This document shows, piece by piece, positions 1 to 13,744 of a DNA stretch of 64,000 nt. Each line of letters begins with the position of its first letter. The stretch's first letter is position 1. The notes beneath the pieces are model-generated. The model made no database searches. It had not been told where the DNA came from and saw only the letters and a program-made list of their open reading frames with translations. Origin of the DNA: Eledone cirrhosa (lineage: Eukaryota). The translations under genes were made by a program, and so were the position numbers. The stretch lies in contig OZ024762.1 of assembly GCA_964016885.1 (NCBI GenBank), positions 19,282,001 through 19,346,000 of the forward strand, in the 5' to 3' direction.

Positions 1-144
1 CCCGTAACTTCTGATAAAGCCGTAGAAAAGCCGGCATTTCTTGGGCATTTTAAACCTGGCGGAGCCCATCCTTCTCCAGGCCTGAGAAAAGCAGATTTCT
101 TCCAGAGTGAGACAGAGGAAATGAAGGAGAGATATAGAGGAAGA

Positions 145-297
145 ATCGACCCCAGTATTAGACTGGTACTTTCCTTGTCGGAAGGATGAGAAGCAAAGCT
201 GACCTCAACGGGATTTGAACTCAGAGAGTTTAGATCCGGAATGAATACCATAAAGCCCTCTATCGGACGTTCTAACAACTCTGCCAATTCGCTGCCT
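145..297 (-). mobile_element. tRNA-derived SINE family A, diverged copy
   Basis: Matches the family A body in reverse: tcgaccccagt..ctggtact, aaggatgagaagcaaagctgacctc, gggatttgaactcag (reverse-complement B box). Confidence 0.75.
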
Positions 298-299
<2 letters not shown>

Positions 300-394
<95 letters not shown>

Positions 395-519
395 TATATA
401 TTATATATATTATATATATATATATATATAATATATTATATATTATATATATTATATATATTATATATATATATATATTATATATATATATATTATATAT
501 ATTATATATATATATATTA

Positions 520-606
<87 letters not shown>

Positions 607-799
607 TATATATATATATATATATATAATATATTATATATATATATATATAATATATTATATATATATATATATAATATATTATATATATTATATATAT
701 TATATATATATTATATATATTATATATATTATATATATATATATTATATATATTATATATATATTATATATATTATATATATTATATATATATATATTA

Positions 800-839
<40 letters not shown>

Positions 840-850
840 TATATATATTA

Positions 851-890
<40 letters not shown>

Positions 891-955
891 TATATATATT
901 ATATATATTATATATATATATATATATATACATAATATATATATATATATTATAT

Positions 956-986
<31 letters not shown>
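300..986. repeat. Degenerate (TA)n microsatellite
   Basis: Nearly pure AT dinucleotide tract; source of the IY-rich spurious ORFs. Confidence 0.98.
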
Positions 987-987
<1 letters not shown>

Positions 988-1393
988 GGAGGTGAGTTTT
1001 ATTGTAGTACAATAAAGCAATGCAGATATCGGATAAGAAGCACTCTACAGTTTGTAGGACTGGAGTATACATAATATAAGATCAAAAGATGGTTAAAGGA
1101 GTTCCATGTATTTTATTATGCGCATTTCAAAAACAAACATCATCATGCAATAATATTTGTGTTTTCATCAGATAAAATAGGGAGACATGATATGGAGGTT
1201 AAAACACACTTGTGAATAGTGCAGTTTTAAATCAACATTATTGCATGATGATATTTGTTTTTGAAATGCGCATAATAAAATACATGGAACTCTTTTGATC
1301 TTATATATTATTATTTATACTCCAGTCCTACAAACTGTAGAGTGCTACTTATCGATATCTGCATTGCTTTATTGTACTACAATAAACTCACCT

Positions 1394-1397
<4 letters not shown>
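987..1397. mobile_element. Inverted-arm insert (family H1), probable Penelope-like pLTR remnant in (TA)n
   Basis: Arms of ~987-1160 and ~1235-1397 are reverse complements (aggaggtgagttttattgtagtacaataaagc.. / ..gctttattgtactacaataaactcacctcct). Flanked by TA tracts. Other family pieces at ~24880-25030 and ~33580-33650. Confidence 0.75.
1109..1179 (-). ncRNA. Type-I hammerhead ribozyme, intact core (H1)
   Basis: Minus strand reads tattttat-CTGATGA-aaacacaaatatta[ttgcatga]tgatgtttgttttt-GAAA-tgcgca-TA-ataaaata: 8-bp stem I, ~14-bp stem II, palindromic stem III. Confidence 0.85.
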
Positions 1398-1428
<31 letters not shown>

Positions 1429-1609
1429 TCCCAGCAATTCCCAGTGGCAACCAACATGCCAAGAAATCCGTGAATTTTTCTGCAAATTTTTAATTACGTT
1501 CAAGTAGATGGAGAGAAAAAAATGTTTTGTTAAATATTTCTGTCATGAGGAAAGTTTAGTGTTTTAAAAAATTTACAATCGTCTTGGTTAACTGTGGGAA
1601 TAATTTTAC

Positions 1610-2049
1610 TATATATTTATACATATATAGACACGTACACATACATACATGTATATATGTGTGTGTGTGTGTGTGTGCGTGTATATATGTGTATGTATAT
1701 GTATGTGTGTATGTATATATATATATATGAGTGTATATGTGTGTGTGTGTATGTGTATAAATATATGAGTGTGTGTGTATGTGTATATATATATATATGT
1801 GTGTGTATATATATATGAGTGTGTGTGTGTGTGTGTATTTATATATATGTTTGTGTGTGTGTGTATATATATGTTTGTGTGTGTGTATATATATATATAT
1901 GTGTGTATGTATATATATGTATATGTGTGTATGTGTATATGTGTGTATGTATATATGTGTGTATGTATATATGTGTGTATGTATATATGTGTGTATGTAT
2001 ATATATGTGTATGTATATGTGTGTACGTATATATATATGTGTGTGTACG

Positions 2050-2082
<33 letters not shown>

Positions 2083-2117
2083 ATATATATATATATGTAT
2101 GTATATATGTGTGTGTG

Positions 2118-2152
<35 letters not shown>

Positions 2153-2535
2153 ACAAATATGCATAAAGTAAAAATAGCTATGTTACAATCAACGTTTAAG
2201 CTTCCTCTTTCTCTACATTTCTATTTTGCCACAAAAACAACAACAATCACCACAACAATAATACTACTAATAATAATAATAATAAATACAATATTATTCT
2301 TAGTGTGTCCAGTTTGGCAGAATCCAGACAGATCTGGCAAAACTACAGGAAATTCACGGAATGAATAATGCTTTAAAAACACCGAAATTTGGAAAGAAAT
2401 TGAAAATAAACAATAGAATTGTTCCAGTCCCACCATACATACTTTACAAATTACGACATTTATTCTGGAAACTTCTACAACACAGGGAAAACTAACAGAA
2501 ACGTAAATATATATATATATATTTATATATATATT

Positions 2536-2566
<31 letters not shown>

Positions 2567-2571
2567 ATATT

Positions 2572-2602
<31 letters not shown>

Positions 2603-2637
2603 ATATTTATATATATATAAATATATATATATATATT

Positions 2638-2671
<34 letters not shown>

Positions 2672-2695
2672 TATATATATATATTTATATATATA

Positions 2696-2773
<78 letters not shown>

Positions 2774-2783
2774 TATATATATT

Positions 2784-2840
<57 letters not shown>

Positions 2841-3099
2841 ATATATTTATATATACATGCATATATATATTTATATATATACATGCATATATATATTTAT
2901 ATATATACATGCATATATTTATATATATATATACATGCATATATTTATATATATATATACATGCATATATTTATATATATATATATACATGCATTTATTT
3001 ATATATATATATATACATGCATTTATTTATATATATATATATACATGCATATATTTATATATATATATATACATGCATATATTTATATATACATACATA

Positions 3100-3154
<55 letters not shown>

Positions 3155-3160
3155 TCACAC
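1610..3160. repeat. (TG/TA)n and (TA)n microsatellite blocks around a short unique spacer (~2165-2500)
   Basis: Direct inspection. Confidence 0.95.
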
Positions 3161-3164
3161 ATCT

Positions 3165-3435
3165 TGGCTTAGTGGTTAGAGCATTAAGCTTGCAATCGAA
3201 AGGTTGTGAGTTCAATTCTCGGACCAGGTTATGTGTTGTTTGCTTGAGCAACACACTTTATTTCACGTTGCTCCAGTTTACTCAGCTGAAAATGAGTACC
3301 AGCATTAGCTGGAGTTTTAACTCTGCGATGGACTGGCGTCCTGTCCAGGCGGGCGTCTTGTACTCTCAGCCGCTTCACGACATGAAACCGGGATAAGCAC
3401 CGGTCAAATGAGCCTTCTGGCTTAAGACAGACTTT
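3165..3435 (+). mobile_element. tRNA-derived CORE-type SINE (group B)
   Basis: A box tggcttagtggttaga, B box gagttcaattc, CORE-like ttgagcaacacacttta, 3' ctgcgatggactggcgtcctgtccagg. A near-identical 3' half occurs at ~53400-53560. Confidence 0.85.
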
Positions 3436-3525
3436 AGACTTTTTTTTTTTATATACATATATATAAATATATTTAGTTATATATACATACATACATATTC
3501 ACACATATATGCACACACACACACA

Positions 3526-3565
<40 letters not shown>

Positions 3566-3569
<4 letters not shown>

Positions 3570-4018
3570 AAACATAAATTATCGAGAATCGCATTTCGGC
3601 CCACGAAATAACGAAAAACAACCTCCGAGATGTGTGGCAAGCGCTCAATGATTCAGATGAACCAGAGCTATAACATACGTTAAAGGCCAAACACACTGAG
3701 ACGATGGTTAAACAATCATTCGCACAGCCAAAAAAACGATCAAGTAATTCGGGTCAAATAAATAAAAAATATCTGTGATTGAAAAATACATATATTTTCA
3801 ATTTTCAATCACAGATATTTTTATTTGTTTGATCCGAATTACTTGGTCGTTTCTTTGGCTGTGCGAATGATTGTTTAACCATCGTCTCAGTGTGTTTGGC
3901 CTTTAACGTATGTTGTAGCTGTGGTTCATCTGAACTATTGAGCACTTGCCACACATCTCGGAGGTTGTTTTTCGTTATTTCATAGGCCGAAATACGATTC
4001 TCGATAATTTATATTTGT
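3566..4018. mobile_element. Fold-back element with ~220-bp arms in (TA)n (family F3)
   Basis: 3566-3786 is the reverse complement of 3802-4018. A solo arm lies at ~38655-38860 and a diverged arm at ~52240-52457, both ending tatatttgtata. Confidence 0.8.
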
Positions 4019-4161
4019 ATATATATATATATATATTCGTAAAAAAAATACCAACGGAAGGCTTTGAACAAATGAGCAGTACCTTGGCATTTCCCAGATC
4101 TCTGGTCTTCCCAGTCTTCAAGCAGTGACTCCTCACACACATATTCACATATAAGGCATAC

Positions 4162-4214
<53 letters not shown>

Positions 4215-4218
<4 letters not shown>

Positions 4219-4281
4219 GAAGTAGTTCTACAACATTTGTTCTCGGTAATGGTGAACAACTGTTGTAGAACTACTTCTAAA
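4215..4281. mobile_element. Mini inverted-arm insert of family H2
   Basis: tttagaagtagttctacaaca / tgttgtagaactacttctaaa, same sequence as 17780-17923, between TA tracts. Confidence 0.7.
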
Positions 4282-4422
4282 TATATATATATATAAGGAT
4301 TAAAATACTGGAGCGTGTTGGAGTTAAACACCCTCTTCGTATTATAGAAATGACAGTAAAAGGTATAGCTCAATGTAAATAAACAGAGCCGAAGAATTAT
4401 ATATATATATATATATATATAT

Positions 4423-4717
<295 letters not shown>

Positions 4718-4954
4718 TCAATTAACGTCGAGGTAGTGAGCCTTGTTACTCTGGAGCTTCACCTGTGCACTCACAGGATCATCAAACAATACTAACCACT
4801 TAAATTATCACAAGGCTAACTACTTAAATTAGACATCAAAGACTTGTAATGAAAGGCTTGACGGTAGCAGTCAAATATTGGGGTTGATTTACTCAACTTA
4901 CTCTACTCCAAATTTGGTGGCCTTTTGCCTAAATTAGACATCATTATTCTTTTA

Positions 4955-5160
4955 TGTTTGCAGAATCGGTAGTGCATCGGACAATATGCTTTGCGGCATA
5001 GAGTTACGGCCCCTTTGTTCTGAGTTCAAATGCCCTCGAGGTTACCTTTGCCTTTCATCCTTACAGGGGCGATAAAATAAAGTGCCAGTAACACACAGGG
5101 ATCGATTTATGTGACCCCCTCCTTCATTTCAAACTGCTGGCCTTGTGCCAAAAGTAGAAA
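4955..5160 (+). mobile_element. SINE family A copy
   Basis: tgcagaatcggtagtgc (A box), ctgagttcaaat (B box), gcctttcatccttacaggggcgataaaataa, ctggccttgtgcc. Confidence 0.8.
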
Positions 5161-5190
5161 AAAATATTATTTTTTTTGTCAGCATGACAG

Positions 5191-5690
5191 TACCAGTCAC
5201 ATACTGGGGTTGATTTAATCAACTTACCCTCCCCCAAATTTACTGTCCTTGTGCCTAACTTAGACATCAATATTTTCAATGAAAGGTTTGACACTACCAG
5301 TCACATACTGGGGTTGATTTAATCAACTTACCCTCCCCCAAATTTACTGTCCTTGTGCCTAACTTAGACATCAATATTTGCAATGAAAGGTTTGACACTA
5401 CCAGTCACATACTGGGGTTGATTTAATCAACTTACCCTCCCCCAAATTTACTGTCCTTGTGCCTAACTTAGACATCAATATTTGCAATGAAAGGTTTGAC
5501 ACTACCAGTCACATACTGGGGTTGATTTAATCAACTTACCCTCCCCCAAATTTACTGTCCTTGTGCCTAACTTAGACATCAATATTTGCAATGAAAGGTT
5601 TGACACTACCAGTCACATACTGGGGTTGATTTAATCAACTTACCCTACCCCAAATTTACTGTCCTTGCGCCTGAGTTAGATATCAATATT
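5191..5690. repeat. 104-bp tandem array (~4.8 copies) derived from the SINE A 3' tail
   Basis: taccagtcacatactggggttgatttaatcaac recurs at 5191, 5295, 5399, 5503 and 5607. A diverged monomer lies at ~4815-4945. Confidence 0.92.
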
Positions 5691-5854
5691 ATTTTACGTT
5701 AACATGATAGTAATTGGTGTTCATTCGTTGATTGGTCGTGTTATTTATAAGGTTTTACAGTTGGTTGATTTTTGGCAACAGCACTGATCTCTCATTGAAT
5801 TTTAATGTTATATGAAGCATGGAAATTGTATATTAATGTTGTATTATGATAAAT

Positions 5855-6015
5855 GAGCTGGCGAATTAGCAGAACCATTAGAAGATCGGATAGAATTCTT
5901 TATGGTATTTGTTTCGGCTCTCATTTATCTGAGTTCAAATCTCGCCAAAGTCAGCTTTGCCTTTCACCCTTTCGAGGTCAATAAAAAAGAGAAAGAACCA
6001 AGTACTGAGGTCGAA
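5855..6015 (+). mobile_element. SINE family A, old copy
   Basis: ctgagttcaaatctcgcc..ctttgcctttcaccctttcgaggtcaataaaa. Confidence 0.7.
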
Positions 6016-6176
6016 TTTTCCCACTTTTTTTTTTTTTTTTTTTTTTTTTGCCTGTAGTTGACTGACCCTCGATTTTTAAAGACTCAAGTGTGTAAATTTG
6101 GCCAAGGTGGAATTTGAACTCAGAGCACTGTGATTAAATACCTTAAGGCATTTTTCTCCTATGATTCTGTTTCATT

Positions 6177-6489
6177 CACTGGTTCCCTACCAAGGGCCCC
6201 ATTTTATTTAACCAAATATTCCCCATGGACCCCTGGGTTTTGAAATGACATCTTCTGCTACAGCTAGTCCCATCTTACGTTTAAGAACGTTGAGACTAAC
6301 AACCGAGAAAGAGAAATGTTTACAGTTGAAGAATGGGATGCCTGAAAGGGGTTATATGTGTATTATCTTTGTATTAAAGTACTTGAAATTTTGAATTTAA
6401 CACATGGATCCCGAGTATTACCTTTGTCCTCCCCCATTACTACTTTTGTGGACCCTTGGGTTTTGTGGATACCAGTGTGGGAACGACTG
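6177..6489. mobile_element. Possible hAT-like MITE
   Basis: Imperfect termini cactggttcccta / tgggaacgactg with internal ggacccc motifs. Confidence 0.4.
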
Positions 6490-6556
6490 ATCTGCCTACC
6501 CAGCCAATTCGTTATAGTATGCGCATATTATACTTTTATCCAAGTACCTGAAACCT

Positions 6557-6970
6557 TTTAGGTCAGGAAAACCCCTCAGGGAGGCCCAGATACTAATTTA
6601 GGTCAGGAAACCCCAATACTAATTTAGGTAAGGAAGCTCTAGTACTAATTTAGCTCAAGAAACCCCAATACTAATTTAACTCAGGAAACCCCAGTACTAA
6701 TTTAACTCAGGAAACCCCAGTACTAATTTAACTCAGGAAACCCCAGTACTAATTTAACTCAGGAAACCCCAGTACTAATTTAGGTAAGGAAGGCCTAGTA
6801 CTAATTTAGCTAAAGAAACCCCAATACTAATTTAGCTAAAGAAACCCCAATACTAATTTAGCTAAAGAAACCCCAATACTAATTTAGCTAAAGAAACCCC
6901 AATACTAATTTAGCTCAGGAAACCATAATACTAATTTAGCCCAGGAAACTCCAGAACTAATTTAGCCCAG
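6557..6970. repeat. 26-bp minisatellite (~16 copies)
   Basis: Unit ctaatttaactcaggaaaccccagta with period 26 (6671, 6697...). Confidence 0.92.
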
Positions 6971-7149
6971 TGGATCCCTGGTTTGGTAAGCACTGCCAGT
7001 TTTCCTGTCTTGTTTCATAGAAAGTCGAAGTAAGTTTAGTGAGTTTGAGAAATAAAGTCTGTCAGAGATCATAAATCATAAAGTTAGCCACATTACTTCT
7101 CGTTAGTATTAGCTGACAGGTGTTGATGTTTCTGTTTGTTTTTTGTGGA

Positions 7150-9760
7150 AGTGGTGTGATGTGGTGCGGTGTGGTGTGGGGTGATGTGGCATAGTGTGGT
7201 GTGGTGTGGTGTAGTATGGTTTGGTTTGGTGAGATGTGGTGTGATGTGGTGTGGTGTGGGGTGATGTGGCATAGTGTGGTGTGGTGTGGTGTAGTTTGGT
7301 TTGGTGAGATGTGGTGTGATGTGGTGTGGGGTGATGTGGCATAGTGTGGTGTGGTGTGGTGTAGTATGGTTTGGTTTGGTGAGATGTGGTGTGATGTGGG
7401 GTGGTGTGGGGTGATGTGGCATAGTGTGGTGTGGTGTGGTGTGGTGTGGTGTGGTGTGGTGTGGTGTAGTTTGGTTTGGTGTGATGTGGTGTGTGGTGTG
7501 GTGTGTTGGTGTGGTGTGGTGTGGTGTGGTGTAGTGTAGTGTGGTGTGATATAGCATGGTGTGGTGTGGTGTAGTGTGGTGTGATATAGCATGTGTGGTG
7601 TGGTGTGGTGTAGTTTGGTTTGGTGTGATGTGGTGTGGTGCGGTGTTGTAGTGGTGTAGTGTGGTGTACTGTAGTGTGGTGTGGTGTAGTGTGGTGTGAT
7701 ATAGTGTGGTGTGTTGTAGTGGTGTGGTGTGGTGTGGTGTACTGTAGTGTGGTGTGATATAGCATGGCGTGGTGTGGTGAAAAGAATCGAAATAGTGGAA
7801 TAAATATCAAGAAGGCAATACTCTCGGGTTATCACACGTGATTTGAAGGTGACGAGAAAAAGAATGATATATGGAGAAAAATATCAGGAAAGAAAAACGA
7901 TTGGATTGACGTGTGAAACGAAGATGGAGATGTGGAGGGGGTGAAGATGGGTTGGGGTGGCGATGGGTTGGGGTGGCTGTCTATCGTGAAGAGATGAGAG
8001 GTGGGTGGAGTGGTGTGTGGTGTGGTGTGGTGTGGTGGTGTGGTGTGGTTGTGGTGTGGTTGTGTGGTGTGGTGTTGTGTGGTTGTGGTTGTGTGGTGTG
8101 TTGTAGTGGTGTGGTGTGTTGTGGTGGTGTGTTGTGGTGGTGTGTGGTGTAGTGGTGAGGTGTGGTTGTGTGGTGTGGTGTGTTGTAGTGGTGTGTGGTG
8201 TAGTGGTGTGTTGTGGTGGTGTGTGGTGTGGTGTAGTGGTGTGTTGTGGTGGTGTGTGGTGTGTTGTGGTGGTGTGTGGTGTGTTGTAGTGGTGTGTTGT
8301 GGTGGTGTGTTGTAGTGGTGTGGTGTGTTGTGGTGTGGTGTGTTGTGGTGGTGTGTGGTGTGTTGTGGTGGTGTGTGGTGTAGTGTAGTGGTGTGGTGTG
8401 GTGTAGTGGTGTGGTGTGTTGTGTTGTGGTGGTGTGTGGTGTGTTGTGGTGGTGTGTGGTGTGTTGTGGTGTGGTGTGGTGTGTTGTAGTGGTGTGGTGT
8501 GTTGTAGTGGTGTGGTGTGTTGTAGTGGTGTGGTGGTGTGTGGTCTGTTGCGGTGTGGTGTGGTGTAGTGGTGTGTTGTGGTGGTGTGTGGTGTGTTGTG
8601 GTGGTGTGTTGTGGTGGTGTGTGGTGTGGTGTAGTGGTGTGGTGTGGTTGTGTGGTGTGTTATGGTGGTGTGTGGTGTGTTATGGTGGTGTGTGGTATGT
8701 TGGTGTGTTGTAGTGGTGTGGTGTGTTGTAGTGGTGTGGTGTGGTGTGTTGTGGTGGTGTGTTGTGGTGGTGTGTGGTGTGGTGTAGTGGTGTGGTGTGG
8801 TATGTTGGTGTGTTGTAGTGGTGTGGTGTGGTGTGGTGTGTTGTAGTGGTGTAGTGTGTTGTGGTGTGGTGTGGTGTGTTGTAGTGGTGTGGTGTGTTGT
8901 GGTGGTGTGTGGTGTGTTGTGGTGGTGTGTGGTGTGGTTGTGTGGTGTGTTATGGTGGTGTGTGATGTGGTATGTTGGTGTGTTGTAGTGGTGTGGTGTG
9001 TTGTAGTGGTGTGGTGTGTTGTAGTGGTGTGGTGTGGTGTGGTGTGATGTAGTGTGGTGTGGTGTGTTGGTGTGGTGGTGTGGTATGTTGGTATGTGGTG
9101 TGTTGTAGTGGTGTGTGGTGCGGTGTAGTGTGGTGTGTTGTAGTGGTGTGGTGTAGTGTGGTGTGGTGTGTTGTGGTGGTGTGTGGTGTGGTGGTGTGGT
9201 ATGTTGGTGTGTGGTGTGGTGTGGTTGTGTGGTGTGTTGTGGTGTGGTGTGGTATGTTGGTGTGTGGTGTGGTGTGTCGGTTGAGAGCTAGTGTTTTGGT
9301 GGTGTGGAATGTAGGTGTGTTGTGATATGTGATGTGTTGGTTGTGATACTTTTTTGTTTTTGTATTATTTTGTTTTTGTATTATTTTGTTTTGTTTGATT
9401 GTTAGTGTGTGTGTGTGTATTACTGTGTTAGTGTGTGTGTATTACTGTGTTAGTGTGTGTGTGTTTTACTGTGTTGGTGTGTGTGTGTTTGTTAGTGTAT
9501 GTATGTTTGTTAGTGTGTTTGTGTGTGTGTGTTTGTTAGTGTATGTGTGAGTTTATTAGTATGTGTGTGTGTGTGTGTTTGTTAGTGCATATATGTGTGA
9601 GTTTGTTAGTGTATGGGTGTGTTTGTTAGTGTGTGTGAGTTTGTTAGTGTATGGGTGTGTTTGTTAGTTTACGTTAGTGTGTGTTTGTTAGTGTATGTGT
9701 GTGTTACTGTATGTTAGTGTGTGTGTTACTGTGTGTTACTGTGTGTGTTAGTGTAGGTGT
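7150..9760. repeat. (GTGTG)n-derived G/T-rich simple satellite followed by (GT)/gtta repeats
   Basis: Direct inspection; short unique spacer at ~7780-8000. Confidence 0.95.
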
Positions 9761-9814
9761 TTTAGTAAGAAGTAAAATCAACTGTGTATTACCTCCAGAT
9801 TGGTATAAAATATT

Positions 9815-9992
9815 TGTTTCTACTTTTGGCACAAGGCCAGCAATTACCAGTACATTACTGGTACTTTATTTTATCGATCCCGTAAGGATGAAAGGCAATC
9901 AGCGGGATTTGAACTCAAACCGTAAAGGGCCGTAACTCTATGCTACAAAGCATGGCGTCCGACTCTCGGCCGATTCTGCCAATCCACCGCCC
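9815..9992 (-). mobile_element. SINE family A copy
   Basis: ggcacaaggccagcaatta..ctggtactttattttatcga..gggatttgaactc..ctgccaatccaccgcc. Confidence 0.88.
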
Positions 9993-10060
9993 TGGTATTG
10001 CATAATATTCAGTCACTTTACCCAAATTAAACAAAACCATTTTCGTCTGTTGTGTGTCTG

Positions 10061-10485
<425 letters not shown>

Positions 10486-10720
10486 TCTTGTAGACACCTG
10501 AAATATAGATATTGTTAGGTTAAGAGAACCTTAAAAATAAGGTGTGGCACCCAATTTGAACTTGTTTATAGAATTCTTTCTACGTTTGTTACTCTAAATA
10601 TAGCCTTTAAAGAATTCCCTTTTCTTTAAACCCATCAACCAATGACCTCCACCCATCCCAATCCCCACCCCTCCTACCACCAGAAAAGATATAAATACCG
10701 CCATATTTACTTGGACAGTC

Positions 10721-10771
10721 AGCTTCCTCGTGATTTCTCACGAATGAAACAGTTCTAGTCCTGTAGAAGCT
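10721..10771 (+). ncRNA. Hammerhead-like motif with mutated core (family H3)
   Basis: agcttc-CTCGTGA-tttc tcac gaat-GAAA-cag ttctagtc ctg-TA-gaagct. Stems I and III pair, but CTGATGA is altered. Followed by a TA tract. Confidence 0.65.
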
Positions 10772-11082
10772 TTTATATATATATAACTATAGCATTATTC
10801 ATTTTCCGTTCGAGCGATCAATTAATTTGATTACTTATCAAGAATCGGAGGTCACTTACAGTAGTGATTTACTCATCAGTCGAATTATTTCATTTGGTAA
10901 ATTCTTTGGCAGTACTACATGTGTGTATACAGCTATGTCGAAGCTAAATTCTAATTCTATTTTAAGCTGAGCCAACTTATACGGCTTCGTATGCAAATGA
11001 GACTAATCAGCCCATTTACACAGGCGAAAAATCTATATATTTTCGCCTGTCTCAAAGCCTAGCGGTAAGCAGAGGGTAGCAC

Positions 11083-11122
11083 TGTCCTGATGAGGACCAT
11101 TTGAGTTCAAAATGCATAGACA
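11083..11122 (+). ncRNA. Minimal type-I hammerhead with GAAA>AAAA mutation
   Basis: tgtc-CTGATGA-ggac catttga gttc-AAAA-tgca-TA-gaca. Confidence 0.65.
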
Positions 11123-11364
11123 ATTATCCCCCTTGCTTCTGCTAGATTCCGCTAGACGGCGCTGGCTGTCAGCCTTCTATTCATAATTGAGGCTTTCAAA
11201 ATGTTTATCTATTAAACATACCGTATATCTTAAGATATCGAAATTCCCACACACATACATACATGCATAATGGCTGCTCACTCGTTATCGAGTATGACCA
11301 TTGCACGATATAACATTATTAATAATTATTAATTAATGCTATCGTGCAATGCCTGTGCTTGAAG

Positions 11365-11394
<30 letters not shown>

Positions 11395-11395
<1 letters not shown>

Positions 11396-11690
11396 TCAAA
11401 AGGCAAACAGAAATGACAAAGCAAACGACACAGTACAATGAAGAAATATATTAGTTTTACACTTGATATAGTAGGAAAAGAGTCTTAACGTTTTTGACGC
11501 TAGTTCTTCATCAGAAAATAGAATGAAAAATTAAAGAACTAGAAAGTTTAAGAAGACGAGCATTGACAGAAACGAACGAAAAAAAATTAGAGAAAAATAA
11601 CAGCTCCATTCATGCCGCCATCTCTAAGAAAACTGTTGATACTGGCGTTTTATGTAAGATAATATTGTTTTAAAAGGTGTTGATCGGGCG
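11395..11690 (-). mobile_element. Penelope-like 3' fragment (family H6) with degenerate hammerhead
   Basis: Minus strand ctgatga-agaac tagc gtca-aaaa-cgttaagac at 11482-11514. Upstream peptide NASINSFLRDGG resembles NTSINSLPGDGN at ~38390. Homologous to 38380-38640 and 50060-50330. Confidence 0.6.
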
Positions 11691-11789
11691 CATCTATATG
11701 AAAGGGAAAAACCATTTTGTATACAGAGATGTTCGTGTGTGTGTGTGTTTGTACACGTTCATACTAAGCTATGGGGATATGTATGTGTA

Positions 11790-13254
11790 TATGAGTGTGT
11801 GTGTGTGTTTGTAAGAACGAAGCTATGAGTATATATATATATAGATATATATATATAGATGTATATGTGTGTGTATGTATGTAAGTATGTACGTATGTGT
11901 GTGTGTATGTAAGTGTATATGTTTGTGTGTATGTATGCGTGTATGTATGTACGTGTGTGTATGTATATATGAATGTATGTACGTGTATGTATGTGTCTAT
12001 GTGTGTATATGCATGTATATATATATATGTGTGTATGCATGTATGTATATATCTATGCATGTATGTATGCATGTATGTATATATCTGTGTATGTATGCGT
12101 ATGTATGTATGTATGTATGTGTATATGTGTATGTTATCTTTATGATAGAGAGGAGTCTGTATTCCTATAGAAAAGATCTCGTGTAAAACTTTAATGAAAA
12201 CTTCCGTCAATTTATTTGTTGTTGACTAAACAAATATTCTTGACAACCAATGACCTTCCGCCCCCTCCCTCCCCCTCTTGTTCTCCCTCTCCCTCTTCAT
12301 CTACGCCCCTCTCACTCTCTACCCCTCTCCCTCTCTACCCTCTCCCTCTCTACCCCCATCGCTCTCTACCCCTCTCCCTCTCTACCCCCATCCCCTCTAC
12401 TTCTCTACCCCATCCCTCTCTAGGCCCCTCTCTCTCTAGCCCCCTCTCTCTCTACCCCCTCTCTCTCTACCCCCCTCTCTCTCTACCCCTCTCTCTCTAC
12501 CCCCCTCTCTCTCTATATATATATATATATGTGTATATATGTATATTTGTATGTGTGTATATATATATATAATAATTCTCCCGCACTTCTCCCATTCCCT
12601 TCCTCTCCATCTTCACCTGTCTCCCTCCCCTCTACATTTTCTCCTCTTTCCTCCCCCCATCTCTCCCCCATCACCACCCCCATCATCACCACCAGACCCC
12701 ACCATCTCCCCCTCCCATCAATCCAGCTGCTATTACAATCTCCCTTAATTAAAATATCGTTTCTAATTTGAACACCACGATAATGTTTTTGTTTTTAATA
12801 TTCCACTGTTTGTTTACGGGTGTGTTACGTCCAAGGCCTCGTCGTTAATACTACCACTGCCACTACTACTACTACAACACCTGCTACTACTACTACTACT
12901 ACAACACCTACTACTACTACACCTACCACTGCTACCACCACTACTACAACAACACCTACTACCACTGCTTACTACTACTACCACTACTACCACTACTACT
13001 ACTACCACTACTACTACTACAACAACACCTACCACTACTACAACACCTACTACCACTGCTACTACTACTACTACTACAACACCTACTACTACTACACCTA
13101 CCACTGCTACTACTACCACTACTACTATTACAACACCTACCACTACTAACACTACTACCACTGCTTACTACTACTACCACTACTACTACTACTACTACTA
13201 CCACTACTACTGCTACACCTACCACTACTACAACACCTACCACTACAAAACCAC

Positions 13255-13295
<41 letters not shown>

Positions 13296-13300
13296 GATAG
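11790..13300. repeat. (TG/TATG)n, C/T-rich and (ACT/ACC)n simple repeats
   Basis: Direct inspection. Confidence 0.92.
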
Positions 13301-13305
13301 TAATA

Positions 13306-13488
13306 ATTGTTTCCACTTTTGGCACAAGGCCAGCAATTACCCAGTGCGTTACTGGTACTTTATTTTATCGACCCCGTAAGGACGAAAGGCAAAGTTAACC
13401 TCGGCGGGATTTGAACTCAGAATGGCAAGGGCCGTAACTTTATGCTGAAAAGCATCGCGTCCGACCCTCTACCGATACTGCCAATCCA
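13306..13488 (-). mobile_element. SINE family A copy
   Basis: Full family A sequence in reverse. Confidence 0.9.
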
Positions 13489-13744
13489 AATAATAATAAG
13501 AAGAAGAAGGGGTGGAGGTGAAGGAGGAGGAGGAGGATAATAATCCGTTTCGTTAAATCTTAATCTCCTCCTAGTTACACAATATGTCAGCCAGAGAGAA
13601 TCGGATGTGCGTTCCTTGGTCCGCAAAACATGACACCAATAAAATTCCAATGTGGTGATTGGCGGCGTGATTAATTCTCTGGATTTCGAAGAAAGAACCA
13701 AGATAAAAATAAAAATACAAAATAATAATGAAATAATGTAAAAT

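Noticed and set aside
241-1074. Long IY/CV/HT/SL-rich ORFs here and throughout (e.g. 41909-43282, 34716-35822, 61532-62632)
   Set aside because: These are translations of stop-free microsatellites.
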